Source of the DNA: an uncultured delta proteobacterium
Lineage (GTDB): Bacteria; Myxococcota_A; Polyangia; Polyangiales; JAFGIB01
Assembly: GCA_963778655.1 (NCBI GenBank)
Contig: CAVZVA010000006.1
Coordinates: 1-32,872 of the forward strand
Reading direction: 5' to 3'
DNA length: 32,872 nucleotides
Position numbers and translations under genes: made by a program
Part shown: positions 27,052 through 32,872 of the stretch, in pieces
How the letters are laid out: every line of letters begins with the position of its first letter
Numbering within the stretch: the first letter of the stretch is position 1
The notes under the pieces: generated by a model
Databases searched by the model: none
What the model was told of the DNA's origin: nothing
What the model saw: the letters and a program-made list of their open reading frames with translations, nothing else

Positions 27052-28476
27052 TCAGAGGCCGCCCGGCACGCGCGGCAGGTAGTACACGAAGGCCTTGAAG
27101 TCGCCGTCGGCCGCACTGAACAGGGGCGGCCAGGGCGGCGCGTGCGTGATGTACTTGGTGTCGAGCACGAGGTAGCGCACCGGCCGGCTGATCAGCGCAG
27201 TGCGCTCGAGATCGGTGACGATCCCTCCGAGGTCGTAAGCGGACAGGCCCGAGTAATAGGCCAGCGTACCGACCTCGATCGAGGCGAACTGCTCGCCGGG
27301 GCGCGCGCGGTCGCGCAGGAAGCGCGCGATGCGGCGATAGGCGGCGTCGCGCCGCCCGGTCCAGTGGCCGTGCGCGTAGTCGCGCGATGCGATCGCGGTG
27401 CGCGCCGCCGCCAGCAGCAAAAGCCCGCTCAACACGGCGGCCGCGCCGGCGCGCGCCCACAGCCGCCGGGCGTGCAACGCGAGCAGCGCCAGGCCCCCGC
27501 CGCTGCACAACACCGCGACCAGCGCGATCGGGTAGAGGTGCCAGTCGTGGCCCGCGAACGGGCGCATCACCTGGTAGGCGAGCAGCTGGGCCGCGCCGTA
27601 GAGCCCGAGCATCGCCAGCTTGCGCTCGCGGCGCGCGAGCGCAACCGCGCCGGCGACCGCCAGCAGCCACGCGGGCGCCGCCCAGAAGAAGCGAGCGTCT
27701 GCAAAGGGAAACACGGTCTGCCCGACGTGCAGCAGCGTGTGCGTCAGGTACTGAGGCAAGGGCGTGCGCTGGAACTTCTCGACCGCGCTGTGCGGCATGG
27801 GCGTGCCGTAGTAGCGCGTCGCGAACGCCACCCAGGGCAGTCCGCACCCGACTAGCACGAGCAGCGGCCGCAGCGCGCGGGCGCGCTGCTCCCACGCGCA
27901 AAAGCCCAGCACGATCGCCGCGAGCAGCAGCGCATCGGGTCGAAACAGGCAGGCGAGCGCGGCCCACAGCGCGGCCAGCGACCAGCGCTCGCGTTGCGCC
28001 GCGGCCAGGGCCGCCAGAGCGAACGCAGCCATCAGATTGGTCTCGAACGGCACCCACATGAACGAGCGGGCCGCGCCCAGATCGAGCAGTAGCGCCAGCG
28101 CGCCCGCGCCGAGCGCGCCGAGCGCGGGCGAAAGCAGCGCGAACGCGGCGACCGCCTGCGCGCTCCAGCCCACGCAGCCGAGCGCGGCCATCAGCGCGGG
28201 CGTGCGCGCGCGGCCCTGCAGCCGATAGACGAGCGCCGCCACCAGCATGTGTCCAGGGCTGGTCGCACCGAGGAAGCGCTCGCCCGGGTTGAACACCAGG
28301 CCGTGGCCCTCGGCCAGGTTCTGGCCGTAGCGGTAGGTGATGAATGGATCGTCCTGGCGCACATCGTGGAACGCCGCGATCTGCGCACCGCACAGCAGCC
28401 CCGCGGTCAGCGAGGCCAGCACGAGCCAGGGCGCCCGTCGCACGCTGCGTGCTGCTGTGTCTTGCGGGGCAGGCAT
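27052..28476 (-). CDS. Polytopic membrane GT-C-like glycosyltransferase
   Basis: QDDPFITYRYGQNLAEGHGLVFNPGER..GATSP, ET, RPD, YYG..MP and YDLGGIV; many TM segments. Confidence 0.75.
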   Translation of the reverse strand: MPAPQDTAARSVRRAPWLVLASLTAGLLCGAQIAAFHDVRQDDPFITYRYGQNLAEGHGLVFNPGERFLGATSPGHMLVAALVYRLQGRARTPALMAALGCVGWSAQAVAAFALLSPALGALGAGALALLLDLGAARSFMWVPFETNLMAAFALAALAAAQRERWSLAALWAALACLFRPDALLLAAIVLGFCAWEQRARALRPLLVLVGCGLPWVAFATRYYGTPMPHSAVEKFQRTPLPQYLTHTLLHVGQTVFPFADARFFWAAPAWLLAVAGAVALARRERKLAMLGLYGAAQLLAYQVMRPFAGHDWHLYPIALVAVLCSGGGLALLALHARRLWARAGAAAVLSGLLLLAAARTAIASRDYAHGHWTGRRDAAYRRIARFLRDRARPGEQFASIEVGTLAYYSGLSAYDLGGIVTDLERTALISRPVRYLVLDTKYITHAPPWPPLFSAADGDFKAFVYYLPRVPGGL

Positions 28477-28585
28477 CGTGCTCGCTGCGCCGCTCGCGCT
28501 CCGCCACGGGCGAGAGGTGAGCAGATCCGGCGAGAACCTCGGGTGTACGCCCGGCGCGGGCTGCAGGGCAAGGACTGGCGGGCGC

Positions 28586-29341
28586 TCACTCCAGCAGCGC
28601 GCGCAGGAAGCCCTGCAGCCGGGCGCTCTGCGGCGACGCGAGCAGGGCGCGCGGCGGACCCTGCTCGACGACCTGCCCGTCGGCGATGAACACCAGCCGG
28701 TCCGCGAGCTCGCGCGCCAGCGCCATGTGGTGGGTCACCAGCAACATCGTGATCGGAGTGTCCGACGAGAGCGCGCGCAGCACGCCGACCACCTCACCCA
28801 CGGTTTCGGGATCGAGCGCCGAGGTGATCTCGTCGAACAGCATCAGCTCGGGTTCCATCGCCAGCGCGCGCGCAATCGCCACCCGTTGCTTCTGGCCGCC
28901 GGACAGCTGCGCAGGCTTGGCCTCGGCCTTGTCCGCAAGGCCCACCTGCGCGAGCAGGGCGCGGGCGCGGGCCTGGGCTTGCGGCCGGCTCAGCCCGAGC
29001 ACGTGCAGCGGCGCCTCCATCACGTTGCGCAGCGCGGTCATGTGCGGAAACAGGTTGAAGTGCTGGAACACCATGCCGACCCGGCCGCGGCGCGGCGGCT
29101 GCTCGCGCCCGCTCGCGGCGTCGTAGCTCGGCTGGCCGAACAGCTCGATGCGGCCGCGATCGGGGCGCTCGAGCCCGACCACCAGCCGCAGCACCGTCGA
29201 CTTGCCCGCTCCGCTCGGCCCGATCAGCGCGAGCTTCTCGCCGGGCGCGACCGCGAGATCAAGCCCGCGCAGCACGGGGTGGCCGTCGTAGCTCTTGTGC
29301 AACCCGCGCAGGGCCAGCACCGGCTGCTTCACGTCGTTCAT
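28586..29341 (-). CDS. ehuA: Polar amino acid / ectoine ABC transporter ATP-binding protein
   Basis: Walker A GPSGAGKST, LSGGQKQRVAIARALAM and LFDEITSALDPE; overlaps the ehuD-like stop. Confidence 0.82.
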   Translation of the reverse strand: MNDVKQPVLALRGLHKSYDGHPVLRGLDLAVAPGEKLALIGPSGAGKSTVLRLVVGLERPDRGRIELFGQPSYDAASGREQPPRRGRVGMVFQHFNLFPHMTALRNVMEAPLHVLGLSRPQAQARARALLAQVGLADKAEAKPAQLSGGQKQRVAIARALAMEPELMLFDEITSALDPETVGEVVGVLRALSSDTPITMLLVTHHMALARELADRLVFIADGQVVEQGPPRALLASPQSARLQGFLRALLE

Positions 29342-29979
29342 GGCTGGGTCTCCAGGCTCGCGACCAGACGGGAGGCGGGCAGGCTCACCGCCAGCAGCAA
29401 CAGGCCGGCCAGGGTGAGCGGTTCGAGATAGCGGAACTGGGCGGCGCCCAGCAGCTTCGCGCGCTGCAGCAGCTCGAGCACGGTGATCGCGCTCAGCATC
29501 GGCGTGTCCTTGAACATGGCGACCAGGTAGTTGCCCAGCGCGGGAATCATCGGCCGCACCGCCTGCGGCAGGATGACCGCGCGGAAGGTGTGCAGCGGCG
29601 AGAGCCCGAGCACGCGTGCGGCTTCCCACTGCCCGCGCGGAACCGCGTCGATGCCGGCGCGGTACACTTCCGCCATGTACGCGCTGTAGTGCAGGCCGAG
29701 CCCGATCACGCCGGTGAGCAAGGGCGAGAGCACGATTCCCGCCCCGGGCAGCACGTAGAACAGAAAGTACAGCTGCACCAGCAGCGGCGTGCTGCGCACC
29801 AGCTCGACTGCGGCGCGCACCGGCCAGCGCACCGCGAGCAGCCGCACGTAGCCGAGCAGTGCCCACAGCAATCCGAGCACCAGCGCGATCGCCGTCCCTG
29901 CGAGCGTCGCCTCGATCGTCACCACCAGCCCGGAGAGCAGTGCCGGCAGACAGCGGGCGGCGTACCCGAAGTCGATCAC
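29338..29979 (-). CDS. ehuD: Ectoine/hydroxyectoine-type ABC permease
   Basis: RSTPLLVQLYFLFYVLP, GLHYSAYMAEVYRAGI, GQWEAA and GNYLVAMFKDTP. Confidence 0.82.
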   Translation of the reverse strand: MIDFGYAARCLPALLSGLVVTIEATLAGTAIALVLGLLWALLGYVRLLAVRWPVRAAVELVRSTPLLVQLYFLFYVLPGAGIVLSPLLTGVIGLGLHYSAYMAEVYRAGIDAVPRGQWEAARVLGLSPLHTFRAVILPQAVRPMIPALGNYLVAMFKDTPMLSAITVLELLQRAKLLGAAQFRYLEPLTLAGLLLLAVSLPASRLVASLETQP

Positions 29980-30185
29980 CTTCGCGCTCCCGCCTCGCGG
30001 AAGCTGAGCGCGTCCAGACGCTCGAGCTTGCGGAAGAGCGCGGTGATCACCAGCGCGATCGCAAAGTAGAAGGCGAGCAACAGCCCGAAGATCTCTCCGG
30101 TGCGCATGGTCGAGGCGCGCAGCGCCTGGGCCTCGAAGGTGAGGTCCGAGAGCGTGATCATCGAGACCAGCGCAGTGTTCTTGAA
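29976..30185 (-). CDS. ehuC: Ectoine-type ABC permease, C-terminal fragment truncated at the GC junction
   Basis: KNTALVSMITLSDLTFEAQ...YFAIALVIT; the stop overlaps the ehuD start; the N-terminal part is missing. Confidence 0.72.
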   Translation of the reverse strand, partial: FKNTALVSMITLSDLTFEAQALRASTMRTGEIFGLLLAFYFAIALVITALFRKLERLDALSFREAGARR

Positions 30186-30286
30186 ATTAGAAAAAACATT
30201 ATACATTGAAATCGTTTTCATGCTGAATTAGCATGACTTTTATCTCGTTATGTCCAATATTTTGATATTTCATTTAAATTTGATTT

Positions 30287-30306
30287 AAAAAAAAAAAAAA
30301 AAAAAA
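30287..30306 (+). repeat. A20 homopolymer
   Basis: 20 consecutive A residues counted directly. Confidence 0.9.
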
Positions 30307-30674
30307 TTTAAATAGTTTGTCAGAAACACATCATCTGGGCCATATTCTGTGCGTATAGTCGGGAAATTCGCAACACTTGGATAAAGCTCCTATGCAAACG
30401 TAGCTGTTAAATGATTTTGTTTTCCCCAGTGGGGGCGTCCGTTATACTTCTGCATCATCGTATGTACCCATGTGAAATACAGCTCCTCCGGCATACCTTT
30501 ATTAAACGCTGCTGCACTCTGCGTGGGACTTAAATAACCACCTTCTCCCGCTGTCGTACGACGTTCTAGAGGTAAATGTACATTAAAAGTAAACTCGGCA
30601 TGTATTTCCACCATTTTGTCATTATAAAAACCACCCTTTTTCACGTATTCTGTATGTATTGAGATATTCTCCAA
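30307..30674 (-). pseudogene. C-terminal fragment of a D-arabinono-1,4-lactone oxidase-like FAD oxidoreductase, with an in-frame stop
   Basis: YLSPT...MQKYNGRPHWGK; homology continues past TAG at 30390 as ELYPSVANF..IRTEYGPDDVFLTNYL. Confidence 0.7.
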
Positions 30675-31045
30675 AAAGCCTTTTATATGAAAATAAAAAA
30701 AGCAACCGTGAGTGACAATGAAACTGTCTTTACAGTTGCTTTAATATAAGATTAGCATTGTACTCACCTTTCTAGTTATTTTTCACGAGATTACAATACG
30801 AATAAAAACTCAACAGCTAAGTTCAGCATTACTACCATATGTAGTGCTGCAATAATAAAACCTTGTCGATCAAACGTTTCATAACAGCCATATTCATAAT
30901 TATCACCTCGCCTTTTTCATATTATACTAGCAAAATTGTCAATTGGCAAAAAATTCAGAACATTAAAATTTATTCATTTTTCTGACAAAATAGACCCGTT
31001 ATGGCATGATAAAAGTGAATTAATACCTAAAGGAGTGTGGAGTAC

Positions 31046-31590
31046 TTGAAAAAAGCTTTACTTGTAATCGATTATACCTATGATTTTGTAGCAACTGATG
31101 GAAAATTAACATGTCGAGAACCTGGTCAAGCACTAGACAAGAATATTGCAGCACTTATTGAGCATTTTATGGCCGAACAAGAATTGGTAGTATTCGTTAA
31201 TGACTTACATGAAAAAGATGACAATTATCACCCTGAAACAAAACTTTTCCCTCCGCATAATATTCGAGGAACTGCAGGACGTGATTTATATGGTAAAGTA
31301 GGCGAAACCTATGCGATCATAAAGAAAAGGTACTTTGGCTCGATAAAACTCGTTACAGTGCATTTGCTGGGACAAATTTGGCCATCTTATTAAAGGAACG
31401 GGGCATTGAAGAAATTCATCTGGTTGGTGTTCGCACCGATATTTGTATTTTGCATACAGCAGTTGATGCCTATAATCAGGGTATCCCTACAATTATTTAT
31501 GAAAACTGTGTAGCAAGTTTTGATGCTGCAGGGCATGACTGGGCGCTAAAACACTTCGAGCATACATTAGGCGCAAACGTTATTAAATAA
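31046..31590 (+). pseudogene. Isochorismatase/nicotinamidase family cysteine hydrolase, frameshifted near 31320
   Basis: KKALLVIDYTYDFV...FPPHNIRGT, then in another frame WLDKTRYSAFAGT...VGVRTDICILHTAVDAYN. Confidence 0.85.
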
Positions 31591-32225
31591 TTATCCACGA
31601 AAGCACAGAAATTATTATAACCAAATTAAGGCTCTACCAAAATCTGTTCCCGCAAAACATTCGCATGAATTCTGAGCAGGTCCAAATAGCGAGGTCGCAT
31701 TTATTTTTCACTGGCGAATACTGAAAACAAATTTTTTATAGAATATTTTTCAAACGCTAAAAAGTCCATTTGTCAAAATTGATATACGACTTAAATATAA
31801 ATAAGTGACAAACAGGAACTAAAGACCTGAAATGGCGCTTATTTAAAAATATGTCGTATATCGAAATCGACAGTTTGAAAATTCGAGGTTTTTTAAGTTT
31901 TTATAGCCTGTTTTATCAGAATGGTTATAAGTCATTTATCCTACAAATTTTATTTTGTAGCGTGATCAGCGGAGAGAAAATGGCTCTATTTTGAGTTGTT
32001 TTTGTACTTTTTTAAGTGTTTTTCGGTTGTTTTTGACACAGTGTGGATAGCAATTTTAGATGAAGCATACTTATGATGCAGATATTTTATTAGTTGCAAG
32101 AATGCAAGTACATGTTTTGGTGTAGAGCCAAAAAAAATAATAAATTTTAGAGTAACATCCACACTTAGAGGGCATAAATAAAAAGAAATTGCCATTATTT
32201 CTACTATCTAAAGGAGATGGATGTT

Positions 32226-32489
32226 ATGTTTAGCTTCATTTGGTTTTTAATTATCGGAGGCGTTTTTAGGTTGGTTAGCGGGCGTTATTAGTAGGGAAGG
32301 ACGTCCCAGGAGGCGTTATCGGAAACATTATTGCTGGGGTTATCGGATCGCTGCATATTGGCAGTACAGTTTTAGGTAACTGGGGCTGGAAAGTAAGTAA
32401 ATTTCTACGTATTTCCAGCATTAATTGGTGCGATTGTGTTAATCTTCATCGTAAGCCTCGTTTTAAAAAGTATGCACAAAGCAACATAA
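32226..32489 (+). pseudogene. GlsB/YeaQ/YmgE (transglycosylase-associated) membrane protein with several frameshifts
   Basis: Across frames: MFSFIWFLIIGG..GWLAGVI.GKDVPGGVIGNIIAGVIGS..GS.VLGNWG...PALIGAIVLIFIVSL; AAGGAG RBS. Confidence 0.8.
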
Positions 32490-32497
32490 TCATGTAT

Positions 32498-32532
32498 AAA
32501 AATAGCTATCCTCTTTGGGTAGCTATTTTTTT
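32498..32532. terminator. Bidirectional intrinsic terminator
   Basis: AAAAATAGCTATCC-tcttt-GGGTAGCTATTTTTTT between convergent genes. Confidence 0.8.
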
Positions 32533-32579
32533 GTAACTAGCCATAAATTCCAAATACGCTGGTGTAGATTGCACTTCCC

Positions 32580-32870
32580 TTAGTGTATATTGGATAACAC
32601 TGCTTCCTTGAGATCAGCACTATAACCATTATATAAATTATAAAAATACAACACATCTTCTACGTACTGCTCACTGTGATTATAGTTGAAAACTGCACGC
32701 TTCAAATCGCCACTCGATGCGCCATATTTGGATAAATAATTTGCTGCACTGTAAACAGCATCCTCGATGTCATAGGGATTCGCTATGCCATCTCCGTTTG
32801 CATCGACGCCATAACCACCATACTTTTTAATCGCTGTTGGACTTTTTAATTCAGACGCAGTAATTTCGCC
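32580..32870 (-). CDS. Lytic transglycosylase-like domain protein, C-terminal part (runs off the window)
   Basis: Manual translation: KKYGGYGVDANGDGIANPYDIEDAVYSAANYL...RAVFNYNHSEQYVEDV; stop TAA at 32580. Confidence 0.82.
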   Translation of the reverse strand, partial: GEITASELKSPTAIKKYGGYGVDANGDGIANPYDIEDAVYSAANYLSKYGASSGDLKRAVFNYNHSEQYVEDVLYFYNLYNGYSADLKEAVLSNIH

Positions 32871-32872
32871 CT

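Larger units (their letters stand above)
30186..32872. other. AT-rich Bacillales-like segment joined to the high-GC sequence
   Basis: Abrupt compositional switch; Firmicute-style RBSs (AAGGAG, GAGGTG) and gene content. Confidence 0.9.

Noticed and set aside
30287..30306. A20 run as the poly(A) tail of a retro-element
   Set aside because: No target-site duplication or reverse transcriptase; it falls at the T-rich end of the oxidase fragment in error-prone sequence, so homopolymer over-calling is more likely.
30760..30897. Possible small membrane protein on the - strand after a GAGGTG RBS
   Set aside because: The frame closes after 21 codons and a frameshift must be assumed; no family is recognisable.
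31600..31990. Possible riboswitch or sRNA in the long AT-rich intergenic region
   Set aside because: I could not identify any conserved aptamer motif or convincing stem set by eye; an Rfam scan would be needed.
31986..32195. 69-aa ORF in the AT-rich region
   Set aside because: No RBS or motif; it lies antisense across the likely promoter region of the GlsB/YeaQ gene.
30186..32872. AT-rich segment as a genomic island or prophage
   Set aside because: It has ordinary chromosomal Bacillales-type genes, no mobility functions, a mid-gene junction and an error-like indel pattern.

Overview
The window has two unrelated parts. Positions 1 to ~30185 are very GC-rich and look myxobacterial (Polyangiales/Sandaracinaceae-like, inferred from a PEGA-type Ser/Thr kinase, a MYXO-CTERM-like tail, a roadblock/DUF4388 pair and many Gly/Thr-linker lipoproteins). 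This part holds housekeeping genes (FKBP, ppx/gppA, folE, amt, a CPA2 antiporter, ectoine-type ABC genes, a WYL regulator with a VOC gene) mixed with many exported redox proteins. The best candidate for a new system is a surface redox locus at 16.8-20.0 kb: a DUF2271-like lipoprotein with a flavinylation-type motif, an atypical CX4CH heme lipoprotein, a CxxCH protein with a MYXO-CTERM tail, and a divergent diheme cytochrome c. Also notable are a cytochrome c fused to a PHM/DBH-like copper monooxygenase, a 171-bp MITE-like element, and a double-hairpin repeat present twice. At ~30185 the sequence switches abruptly, inside the ehuC-like gene, to AT-rich Bacillales-like DNA with many frameshifts. 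That is most likely a chimeric or misassembled contig end. All family calls come from motif recognition by eye; no searches were run.
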